The position numbers and the translations under genes are program-made. Of a stretch of DNA of 64,000 nt, positions 18,059 to 26,581 are shown in pieces (within the stretch, counting starts at the first letter, position 1; every line of letters starts with the position of its first letter). This DNA is from Candidatus Eiseniibacteriota bacterium. Lineage in GTDB: Bacteria; Eisenbacteria; RBG-16-71-46; JABDJR01. The notes beneath the pieces were generated by a model. The model was not told the origin of the DNA. It saw only the letters and a program-made list of their open reading frames with translations, and did not search any database. Location of the stretch: assembly GCA_963783375.1 (NCBI GenBank), contig CAWANH010000029.1, positions 1 to 64,000 on the forward strand, in the 5' to 3' direction.

Positions 18059-20587
18059 ATGGCGAGCCAGCCCTACATCCCCATCCGACCGCGCGATCCG
18101 GCCGAGCGCTACCGCTTCAAGTGCCGCCGGCTGGTGTGGCGGATGGTGCACGGCACCCGTGCCGCGCAGGTGGTGGAGCGCGAGCTAACCCTTCGGCTGG
18201 CCCAGACCCTTGCCGGTCTCCGCGCGGAGGAGCGCTACCGGAGGCTCGGCCACGTTCGGTTTGCCGACTTCTGCCTCGAGGTGTTGCAGCTCCATCCCCG
18301 CACCGCGCGTCGCCACGTGGCGCTCTGGGATGTTCTCTCACGTGTCCCTTCAGCGAGAACGGCGTTTCTTGCCGGCCGGGTGGACGTGAGCCGCATCCTG
18401 GCGTTGCGCACCGTCCTGACCGGGGCCACGGCCCCTGCTTGGCTTGCCCGGGCCCAGGGCGTGCCGGTGCGCGAGCTTCGGGAGTTGGTGAAGGCAGCGC
18501 GGTCCGGCCTGGAGGGGGATGGCGGGGAAAGTGGAGAACTGACTGGAGGCGAAGAGGAGAGGGGAAGCGGAGAGACAGGCCCGACCGGGGGGGTGACGGG
18601 TAACGGAGAGGTGGCGGGAAGCGGAGAGGGGACGAGGAGCAGCGAAGCGACGGGGAGCGGAACTGCGACGGCGGGCGAAGTTGGACATTCGAAGACATCG
18701 CCGGAACCGCCGCCGGTCCGGTTCACCGACCAGGATCTCGAAGAGCCGGAGCGGGAACGGATCACGTTCCTGGCCCCTCAAACCTCCGGCCTCGCCTTCG
18801 AGCACGCGCTCGAGACGGGTCGGCGGTTGCTCGGGTGGGATGCGCCCGCCGATGCCTGCCTGGATGCGATGCTGGCCGAAGCGGAGACTTCGGCGCCCTG
18901 GCTCGTGGGTGGGGTCGGCGATCCTCCCGGGGAGAACGAGGCTCCTGGGAGTGGGGGAGTGGGCGCGGCCGCGCCCGTCGATGACACGCACGGCCATGAA
19001 ACGCCGATGACCCGCGTAGGGGATGAGCCGCCGGCCACGCCGGGCTGGGCTCCCGGCGGGCGGTTGCCCTGGGCGGATCGTCCGTTCGTCTCCGCGAGGC
19101 GGTGGCGCGTGCTCCGGGGGCTGGAGGCTCCAGGGGTGCGGCGTCGGATGAACGGGGGTCCGGGCGCCTGGGATCCTTCCCGGCACCGCTACGACTACAA
19201 GCGCGCCGCCCACGCCTTCTCTAGCTTCCGGCGGGTGCTTGGGAAGGCGGAGCGGTTGGCGGCCGCCCGGCCGGATGACCCCCCGGTGACCGAGGCCCGG
19301 GCGCTTCTCGCTCGCTACCTGGAATTGGAGGCTCTGGGGCGGCCCCTCTTCGTGGCCCGGACGAGGCTCCTCTACCACCTGGACGTGCTGCACGCCGGCG
19401 CGCTCTTCGGGCTCGACACCACGGACGCCCTCGCGTCCCGGTTGCTCGGTCTTTCCGAGCGTGCCGCGCTCGAACACTACTGGGCGGGATGCCAGTTCCA
19501 GTTCGACCACACGATCGCCGACGCCTACATCCGCGGCGACATCGGCCTGAGCCATGTCGTCAACTGGAAGTTGCAGTCGGCGTCGACCGGGACGGGCTGG
19601 ATCCGGCGGGCCCGGTCGGTGACCTGCCGTCAGCTCCGGCGCGAAATGCAGTTCCTTCGCCGACTCAACGAGGTCCTGACCGCGGGACCCTTCGGGCCGC
19701 CGGAGCTGCTCCCGGATCCCGCGGTGGAGGCGGCCCTGCGGAAGCGACTCTTCAAGGCGGGATGGGGTCCCGGCAAGCTGGATCGGGAACTGGAGCAGCG
19801 TGGTCTCCTGGATCCCCCCGGTGCCTCCAAGGACCCCGCCGAGAACCCGGCGGTGATGGACCGGCTCGAAACGATGCTCGACATGGTGATCCTCTCGATA
19901 TGCCGGACCGTCTCGGACGACGACCCCGAAGTCCGATACCGGAAAACGTTGTCCACCCCGGGGCGCCACCACCGGGTGGTGATCTGGGCGCGACCGGAGA
20001 TCCGCGAGCGATGGGGACGAGCCTGCCGGGCGGTCCGTCGGGTGACCGGGGCCTGGCCCGAGTGGGCGGTGGCCGTTCTGGTCGCGCGGGTGGCGATGAA
20101 TGAGTGGGAGCGCCAGGATCCCGACCGCACCCCCACCGAACGGCGGATATTGGAGCGGGACGGCTACCGGTGCCAGGCTCCCGGATGCAGCAGCCGGAGC
20201 GGCCTGGAATCCCACCACATCCGGTTCCGCTCCCAGGGTGGGTCGAACACTCCCTCGAACCGGGTCACTCTGTGCCATGCCCATCATCACCACGCGATCC
20301 ACGCGGGCACGTTGAGGGTCAGCGGCCGCGCGCCCCATGCCCTCCTCTGGGAGTTCGGGTGCGCTCCCGGGGCCGGACCGCTCTGGGTCTACCGGGGCGA
20401 GCGCCTGGTACGAGGACCGGGGCGGGTCTCCCGGGGTCCGTCGAGGCGGGAGCCGGATCGGGCGGCCCGGCCGGGGGGACGGCCGGACCGCCGATCAGGC
20501 TTGGATCGAACCGCGACCGGTCAGGTTCCCACCTTGACCAGCCGGACCGCCGCGGACCGCCCCTCGGTCTGGATCCTGCAGAAGTAG
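18059..20587 (+). CDS. Large HNH endonuclease-domain protein (DUF222/13E12-like architecture)
   Basis: C-terminal ILERDGYRCQAPGC...SHHIRFRSQGGSN...NRVTLCHAHH; N-terminal YRRLGHVRFADFCLEVL helical region; 3' end overlaps the convergent cytochrome gene by 67 bp. Confidence 0.75.
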   Translation: MASQPYIPIRPRDPAERYRFKCRRLVWRMVHGTRAAQVVERELTLRLAQTLAGLRAEERYRRLGHVRFADFCLEVLQLHPRTARRHVALWDVLSRVPSARTAFLAGRVDVSRILALRTVLTGATAPAWLARAQGVPVRELRELVKAARSGLEGDGGESGELTGGEEERGSGETGPTGGVTGNGEVAGSGEGTRSSEATGSGTATAGEVGHSKTSPEPPPVRFTDQDLEEPERERITFLAPQTSGLAFEHALETGRRLLGWDAPADACLDAMLAEAETSAPWLVGGVGDPPGENEAPGSGGVGAAAPVDDTHGHETPMTRVGDEPPATPGWAPGGRLPWADRPFVSARRWRVLRGLEAPGVRRRMNGGPGAWDPSRHRYDYKRAAHAFSSFRRVLGKAERLAAARPDDPPVTEARALLARYLELEALGRPLFVARTRLLYHLDVLHAGALFGLDTTDALASRLLGLSERAALEHYWAGCQFQFDHTIADAYIRGDIGLSHVVNWKLQSASTGTGWIRRARSVTCRQLRREMQFLRRLNEVLTAGPFGPPELLPDPAVEAALRKRLFKAGWGPGKLDRELEQRGLLDPPGASKDPAENPAVMDRLETMLDMVILSICRTVSDDDPEVRYRKTLSTPGRHHRVVIWARPEIRERWGRACRAVRRVTGAWPEWAVAVLVARVAMNEWERQDPDRTPTERRILERDGYRCQAPGCSSRSGLESHHIRFRSQGGSNTPSNRVTLCHAHHHHAIHAGTLRVSGRAPHALLWEFGCAPGAGPLWVYRGERLVRGPGRVSRGPSRREPDRAARPGGRPDRRSGLDRTATGQVPTLTSRTAADRPSVWILQK

Positions 20588-22038
20588 ATCCCGGCCGGCA
20601 TCGCCCGGCCTCCCTCGTCGCGACCGTCCCACACCAGGGTGTGGTGGCCGGGGGTCTGGGCGCTCCGGGTGAGGACGCGCACCTCCCGCCCATTGGCGTC
20701 GTAGACGGCCAGGTGGATCGGGTCGTTGCCCAGGACCTCGTAGCTGATCTCCGTCCGGGCCCCGAAGGGGTTCGGGGAGGGCATGACTCGCGCGGTCACC
20801 CCATTCCCGGGAAGCTGATCGCCCACCCCGGTTACCACGAACCCGTGGGGTCCGGCTCCGGTCGGGGTGTAGCCGTGGCACACGTCGCAGCGACGCAGGG
20901 TGCCGGTCGCCCCCTGCAGCGCCACGGTCTGCCGGTTGTCCCGCTCCTCCCGTGAAGGGAGGATGGCGTGGGGGCTGTTGTGGCAGGTGGGACAGTACAG
21001 GTTTCCGTGGCCGTTGTTGGAATTCCGGTAGAGGGTGTTGGCGGCCTCGGCGTAGGTGGAGCCGTGGCAGGTCTCGCACCGGGGCTCGTCGAGCCACGGC
21101 CGGCGGCCGTCCTTGATCGATTCCGCCACGTCCCGCACCGACCCGTGGCAGTTCTGGCAGACCAGGTGGAAGTCGGTGGCCATGGTTCCGCGCAGGCACT
21201 GGGTGTTCGGCCCGGGATGACACTGGTAGCAGTTGTTGGTCTCCTCGGCGTGCTGGTCGTGCATGGCCTCGGACAGGCTGGGGAGGCCCGGGGTTCCCGG
21301 CGCCCCCAGGGCGTTGCTGGCGTGGCAGCTTGCGCAGAGGACCGGGGTGCTGGTGGCCAGATGGGTCCCATTCTCCTCGTCGTGAAGCCGGAGGATCGAG
21401 TGCTCGACGGTTTCTCCGGTCCGCGGATGGTGGCAGTTGGAGCACATCATTTCGGTGGAGATCGGGGCCACGATCTCCGTAGACGCCAGGAGCGCCTGGG
21501 AGGCGTCCCGGGCCTCGAGCTCCGCGAGCTGGAAGGGCTGCTTGTTCACCAGATCGCTGTCGGTGTATTCGGTGAGCGGAATCCCCTCGGCATGGAAATG
21601 ATCGGGGGCGGCGTCCATGGTGCCGGTGAGACCCCGTCCGGTGAGCCCGATGTTCGGAGGGATGGTCGTCCCGAAGATCTGGGAGGCGTAGGTCCAGAAG
21701 TCGGTCTTGCCCACCGAGTAGGTGTTGTCCTGGAACCGGTAGCTCACGGTGATGTCCGAGGTCACGACCTCGGGGAGGCGAGCCGGGTCCCCTCGGCGGA
21801 TCACCGTTGCCCAGAGAGTGTTGTAGGGGGGTAGAACCGTGAGGTCCTGGAACCGCGCGTTGGCGCAGTGCATCCCCAGGTCGTTCCAGCCGATCAGGAT
21901 GTAGTCGCCGGTGGCTGCGGTTGCGAGGGTGGGAGTGGGGGCGTTCTGAGCTCGGGACACGGGGATCGGGAGGGTCTGGAGCAGGAGAATCGCGAAGAGA
22001 GGCAGGAAGTAGCGGGCGAACGGGCTCGGGACACGCAT
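20521..22038 (-). CDS. Secreted multiheme cytochrome c (7 CxxCH) with C-terminal FlgD Ig-like domain
   Basis: GGAGA SD; signal peptide; WNDLGMHC; CSNCH, CASCH, CYQCH, CQNCH, CETCH, CPTCH, CDVCH; then PSPNPF...YDANGREVR...WDGRD...AGIYFCRI. Confidence 0.9.
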   Translation of the reverse strand: MRVPSPFARYFLPLFAILLLQTLPIPVSRAQNAPTPTLATAATGDYILIGWNDLGMHCANARFQDLTVLPPYNTLWATVIRRGDPARLPEVVTSDITVSYRFQDNTYSVGKTDFWTYASQIFGTTIPPNIGLTGRGLTGTMDAAPDHFHAEGIPLTEYTDSDLVNKQPFQLAELEARDASQALLASTEIVAPISTEMMCSNCHHPRTGETVEHSILRLHDEENGTHLATSTPVLCASCHASNALGAPGTPGLPSLSEAMHDQHAEETNNCYQCHPGPNTQCLRGTMATDFHLVCQNCHGSVRDVAESIKDGRRPWLDEPRCETCHGSTYAEAANTLYRNSNNGHGNLYCPTCHNSPHAILPSREERDNRQTVALQGATGTLRRCDVCHGYTPTGAGPHGFVVTGVGDQLPGNGVTARVMPSPNPFGARTEISYEVLGNDPIHLAVYDANGREVRVLTRSAQTPGHHTLVWDGRDEGGRAMPAGIYFCRIQTEGRSAAVRLVKVGT

Positions 22039-22194
22039 GGTTGTCTCCTCCATGAAGCGTCGACGGTCTGGCCCGCGGTCAATCCGCGGGCCCGGCTTGG
22101 AGGGAGTGCCCGTAACCCGCCAAGCGCGCTGAAGCAGCTGCCGATGAACAGACGCACGACCCTGAATTGAGTCACGGAAATTCGGCGACCGGCT

Positions 22195-22270
22195 TTCTTC
22201 AAGACCCGGGATTCTCCAAGACCCGGGATTCTTCAAGACCCTGGATTCTTCAAGAACCGGGGTTCTTCAA
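22195..22270. repeat. 17-bp tandem repeat, about 4.5 copies
   Basis: TTCTTCAAGACCCGGGA-like units starting at 22195, 22212, 22229, 22246 and 22263. Confidence 0.85.
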
Positions 22271-22359
22271 TGACCAGCACTCTTCAACAACTAGCCTGGG
22301 GGAGCGATCTGGACCGGAAGAAACAACTAACCGTAGGAACGGCTTGGGCGCCGGGTCAA

Positions 22360-22546
22360 TGACCCGGAACAAGATCACGGCGGGAGGTTTAGCAATCCGC
22401 TGGATCAGTGACCCGGAACAAGCTCATGGCGGGAGATTTGACAAGCCGCTGGATCAGTGACCCGGAACAAGATCACAGCGGGAGGTTTGACAAGCCGCTG
22501 GATCAGTGACCCGGAACAAGATCACAGCGGGAGGTTTGACAAGCCG
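22360..22546. repeat. 49-bp tandem repeat, about 3.8 copies
   Basis: TGACCCGGAACAAGATCACAGCGGGAGGTTTGACAAGCCGCTGGATCAG-like units at 22360, 22409, 22458 and 22507. Confidence 0.9.
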
Positions 22547-22647
22547 TCGCTTGCAGGATGGCGGGGGTACCCACGAAGGGATAGGCCGAGCTCCCGGTCA
22601 TCCAACGGAGGCTCGAGGAGCCGCCGCCGGCAGAGCCTGCCCGGTCA

Positions 22648-23331
22648 TCACGGCCCGGACTGCTTCTCCGGCGTCGGGTCCCCTTCGGTATCGCGCGGGG
22701 CGGCCCCCGCCTCGCGAACCAGGGTCTCGAGAACGGCATAGGGTTGGGCGCCCACCACCACCCGCCCGCCGGCGGTGTAGGTGGGGATGCCGGTAACCCC
22801 GGCGGCCACCGACTCCGCCCAGTCCCGGTCGATCGCCTTCTGGAAGGTGCGCTTCTCGATGACCTCCCTGGCCTCGGCTGGGTCCAGACCCACCGACCCG
22901 GCCAGCCCGGCCAGGACGTCCTCTTCGGCGATGTTCTTCCCGTCCACGAAGTAGGCGTGGAAGGCCGCGCGATTGAACTCGGGCCCCCTCCCCTGGGATT
23001 CGGCCCACTTGCCGACCTCCTGGGCCAGGCGGCTGTTGTAGGTCATGGTCCGCTCGGACATGGGGAGCCCTTCCTGGGCGGCGAGGCCGCGCAGCCGTTT
23101 CTGGCCGGCGCGGATCCGCGCTTCGGCGTCCGGACCGCCGCCGAAGAGATCCGTCAGGGACTGCCCCTTCATCGGCGTATCGGGATGGAGGGGGAAGTGG
23201 ACGTAACGAACCCGTACGTCGTACTCGCGGATGAGTTTCTCAACACGGACCGTGCCGAGGTAGCACCATGGTCAGACGTAGTCGGAGTAGACGACGAGTT
23301 CCACCGGCTCGTGGTTCGTCGGGACGGCCAT
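22648..23331 (-). CDS. DsbA/FrnE-family thiol oxidoreductase, selenoprotein (UPWC)
   Basis: GGAGG SD then MAVPTNHEPVELVVYSDYV-TGA-PWCYLG...HFPLHPDTP, in frame with the 22648-23172 ORF (TYNSRLAQ, GVTGIPTY, GAQPY). TGA at 23272-23274 occupies the first Cys of CPWC. Confidence 0.88.
23239..23259 (-). promoter_or_regulatory. Bacterial SECIS-like hairpin
   Basis: CUCGGCACG-GUC-CGUGUUGAG stem-loop starting 12 nt after the UGA, with G first in the apical loop. Confidence 0.7.
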
Positions 23332-23501
23332 GGAGACCTCCGGTCCGAGAAGAGCGATCAGGAGGAACGCCGCGCCTCCGGCCAGGGCGGGGCGCAGGTT
23401 TCCGGTGAGACGCATGGTGGCTCCGTTCGCTGGAGTTGGGTACTCCGGCGAGTATAGCAGCCCGGCCGGCCCGGCTCGCGCCCGCCTCTCCGGAGCTTCG
23501 T

Positions 23502-24377
23502 CTAGCCCGCGTCGATCCGCTCTACGCCGGAGTACACGTTGAACCTTCCGTCACGGAGAAAGCCCACCAGGGTCATCCCGAACTCCCGCGCGGTCTCCAC
23601 CGCCAGGCTGGTCGGGGCGCCCACCGCCGCCAGCACCGGGATGCCCGCGATCAACCCCTTCTGCACCAGCTCGAAGCTGGCCCGCCCGCTCACCAGGACT
23701 ACGCGCTCGGACGCCGGAAGCTCCCCGGCCAGGAGCAACGTCCCCACCATCTTGTCGAAGGCGTTGTGACGGCCCACGTCCTCCCGAGCCAGGAGCAGCT
23801 CGCCCGAGGCGTCGAAGAGGGCGGCGGCATGGAGCCCCCCGGTGCGATCGAACGCCCCCTGGGCCTCCCGGCACCGCTCCGGCAGCGTGTGGAGGACCCC
23901 GGCGGCGACCCGGAACCCGCCGGCGAGGGGGGACGGGCAGACCGCGCGGATGAGTTCCAGCGACGCCTTCCCGCAGATCCCGCAGCTCGAGGTGGTGTAG
24001 ACGTTCCGGGTGAAGCGGGCCGCGTCGAACTCCACGCCGGGCGCGAGGTGCGCGTTCACCACGTTCCTTCCCGCCCCGTTCCCGTCGCCGCAGGGGGCGA
24101 CCCGCTCGAGGTCTGCGGGTCCGGCGATCACCCCCTCGCTGAGGAGAAACCCCGCCGCCAGCTCCTCATCGTCCCCGGGGGTGCGCATGGTGACCGCCAC
24201 CGCGTGGCGGCGCTCCACCCCGTGCGGACCAAGCACGACCACCCGGACCTCCATCGGCTCCTCGACCGCCACCTGGTCCTCCTGGGGTCGCGCGCCGGTG
24301 CCGCCCACCGTGACCACCGTCACCGTTACCGAGGCCTCGGAGTGCGAGCGAACGCCTCGGCGGACGGGCGCGGTCAC
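23502..24377 (-). CDS. fdhD: Formate dehydrogenase accessory sulfurtransferase FdhD
   Basis: VEEPME; TMRTPGDDEELAAGFL; SSCGICG; TGGLHAA; REDVGRHNA; SGRASFELVQK. GTGA overlap with upstream stop. Confidence 0.95.
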   Translation of the reverse strand: MTAPVRRGVRSHSEASVTVTVVTVGGTGARPQEDQVAVEEPMEVRVVVLGPHGVERRHAVAVTMRTPGDDEELAAGFLLSEGVIAGPADLERVAPCGDGNGAGRNVVNAHLAPGVEFDAARFTRNVYTTSSCGICGKASLELIRAVCPSPLAGGFRVAAGVLHTLPERCREAQGAFDRTGGLHAAALFDASGELLLAREDVGRHNAFDKMVGTLLLAGELPASERVVLVSGRASFELVQKGLIAGIPVLAAVGAPTSLAVETAREFGMTLVGFLRDGRFNVYSGVERIDAG

Positions 24378-26569
24378 CGGGAACCCCTCCGGCCGTCGTC
24401 CCCCACGATCTCCACCACCGCGTCCCGATAGGCCGGGATCCCGCATACCGGGTCGGATACCCCGCGGGGGATCAGCACGTTGGCCTCGGGCCAGTGCAGC
24501 ATCACCGACCCGGGATGAAGCGCCCCCGCTCGCGCCCGTCCGCGAACCTCCCCGGCGTCCGAGCGCACCGTCACCCGGTCACCGTCGGCCAGCCCGAGCT
24601 GCGACATGTCCTCCGCCGCAAGCACCACCGCGTCGCGGACGTTACCGGTCAGCATGTCCCGCTCCGCGAACACCATGCTGTTGAACTGCTTTCCCCGGCG
24701 GGTGGTGAGGCGGAACCGTCCGGGGGGAACCTCCCGCTGGGGCGGCTCCACCACCGTGAACCGGGCCCGGCCGTCGGGAAGCCCGAAGTGTCCGCCTTCC
24801 CCGAGCCGCTCGCCGCCCCACTGGAACTGGTCCCCCTTCCGCGACAGGCGCTGGATGCCGTCGTAGGTCGGGATCACCCGGGCGATCTCCGCCCGGATGG
24901 CCGCGGTGGAGTCGAACTCGAGGTGTGCCGCCGCCTCGGGCTTGACCCGGCGGGCCAGCTCCACCAGCACCCGCCATTCATCCCGCGCCTCCGCCACCCG
25001 GGGGCCGGGTATCTCGGGGTTGTAGATCACCCGCCGCTCGGTCGACGTCTCGGTATTTCCCCCCGCCATCTCGTAGCGCGTGGTCGCCGGAAGCACCAGC
25101 ACGGTGTCCGCCGGCTCCACCAGCATCTGCGGGTTCATGACGATGTCGTGGTGCACCCGGAGGGGGATCCGGCCCAGCGCCCCGCGCACGTAATCCGGGT
25201 CGGGGAGGACCCCGAACAGGTTGCTCCCCACGCAGTAGAGCGCGTCCAGCTCCCCCTCGGCCGCCGCGTCCACCATCTCGGCCACGAAGCGGCCCCGCCA
25301 CGCCGGGATCGGGAATCCCCAGGTCGCCGCCAGCGCCCTCGCCCCGTCCTCGCCCACCGCGGCCCCGCCGGGGAACTGGTTGGGAACGCAGCCCATTTCC
25401 GCCCCCCCCTGGACCCCGGAGTGCCCGCGAATCGGCATCAGCCCGGTCCGGGGCCGTCCCACCATACCCCGGGCCAGGGCGAGGTTGGCGATGGCCTTGA
25501 CGTTCTGGATCCCGTGCCGGTGCATGGTGATGCCCATGGACCAAACGAAGATCGCGGTGCGGGCGCCGGCGTAGAGCCGGGCGAACTCGTGCATGCTCTC
25601 CCGCGAGGCCCCGGAGTGGCGCTCCAGCTCCTCGAAGCTCTGGCCGCCCAGCGCGCGCTCCAGCTCCTCCCACCCCGCGGTGTGGTTGGCCACGAAGCCG
25701 CGATCCACCGCGTCCTCGGCAATCAGGTACTTGAGCGCCCCGTTCAGGAACGCAATGTCGCCTCCCACCTGGACCGTGAAGTGCCGGTCGGCGATGGTGG
25801 TCCCGGCCAGCGCGGAGTCCACCGAGGAGGGGACCCAGTACCGCTCCATGCCCGGCTCCCGGAAGGGGTTCACCATGGCGATCCGGGTGCCCTGCTTCCG
25901 GGCCAGGTGGAGGTACTTCATCATCACCGGCTGGTTGTTGGCGGGGTCGCTCCCCAGGAACACCACCAGGTCGGAGCCGATCAGGTCCCGGTAGCTCAAG
26001 GTGGTGGCCGCGAACCCCACCGACTCCTTGAGCCCGGTGGTGGAGGGGGAGTGGCAGATACGGGCGGAGTTGTCCACGTGGTTGGTGCCCAGGAACCGCG
26101 CCGCTTTCTGGGCCGCGTAGTAGGTCTCGTTGGCGGTGCCGCGGGAGACCAGGTAGAAGGCCAGACGACGGGGATCGATCTCCCGCAACCGCGCGGCCGA
26201 AAGCTCCAGCGCCTCGTCCCAGGAGATCCGGCGGAAGCCCTTGTCGCCGCGGCGGCGGAGCATGGGGAAGGGGATCCGCCCCAGGCCCCGGAGTTCCCGC
26301 TCCTTCAGGCGGACGAGGCGCGCCGCGTCGCCCAGAACCGAGGTATCCAGGGCGGGCATGGTGTTCAGCCGGAGGAGGTTCAGGCGCACCCAGCACAGGT
26401 GCACCTCGCTCATGGTCCAGTCGCGGAGCCCGTTGGTGCCCAGAGCGCACCCGTCGCACACGCCGTCGGTGAGGATCCGCCAGGCGTAACCGGGACGGTC
26501 GCGGTTGTTCCAGAGCGCGCGGGCGATTTCCAGGTAGGGCCCGGTCCGCCGCCTCAGTGAATTACCCAC
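24374..26569 (-). CDS. FdhF/YdeP-family molybdopterin oxidoreductase
   Basis: CDGCALG; DNSARICHSPS; PIRGHSGVQG; LTTRRGKQFNS. Confidence 0.9.
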   Translation of the reverse strand: MGNSLRRRTGPYLEIARALWNNRDRPGYAWRILTDGVCDGCALGTNGLRDWTMSEVHLCWVRLNLLRLNTMPALDTSVLGDAARLVRLKERELRGLGRIPFPMLRRRGDKGFRRISWDEALELSAARLREIDPRRLAFYLVSRGTANETYYAAQKAARFLGTNHVDNSARICHSPSTTGLKESVGFAATTLSYRDLIGSDLVVFLGSDPANNQPVMMKYLHLARKQGTRIAMVNPFREPGMERYWVPSSVDSALAGTTIADRHFTVQVGGDIAFLNGALKYLIAEDAVDRGFVANHTAGWEELERALGGQSFEELERHSGASRESMHEFARLYAGARTAIFVWSMGITMHRHGIQNVKAIANLALARGMVGRPRTGLMPIRGHSGVQGGAEMGCVPNQFPGGAAVGEDGARALAATWGFPIPAWRGRFVAEMVDAAAEGELDALYCVGSNLFGVLPDPDYVRGALGRIPLRVHHDIVMNPQMLVEPADTVLVLPATTRYEMAGGNTETSTERRVIYNPEIPGPRVAEARDEWRVLVELARRVKPEAAAHLEFDSTAAIRAEIARVIPTYDGIQRLSRKGDQFQWGGERLGEGGHFGLPDGRARFTVVEPPQREVPPGRFRLTTRRGKQFNSMVFAERDMLTGNVRDAVVLAAEDMSQLGLADGDRVTVRSDAGEVRGRARAGALHPGSVMLHWPEANVLIPRGVSDPVCGIPAYRDAVVEIVGDDGRRGSR

Positions 26570-26581
26570 GCGCGAGTCGGG

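Noticed and set aside
18059-20587. IscB/Cas9-like RNA-guided nuclease
   Set aside because: No RuvC or PLMP motifs recognised, only a C-terminal HNH, and no evident guide RNA or array.
22360-22546. CRISPR array
   Set aside because: Head-to-tail units with no unique spacers and no cas genes in the window.
24374-26569. Selenocysteine formate dehydrogenase
   Set aside because: Uninterrupted ORF with Cys at the ligand position; YdeP-like.
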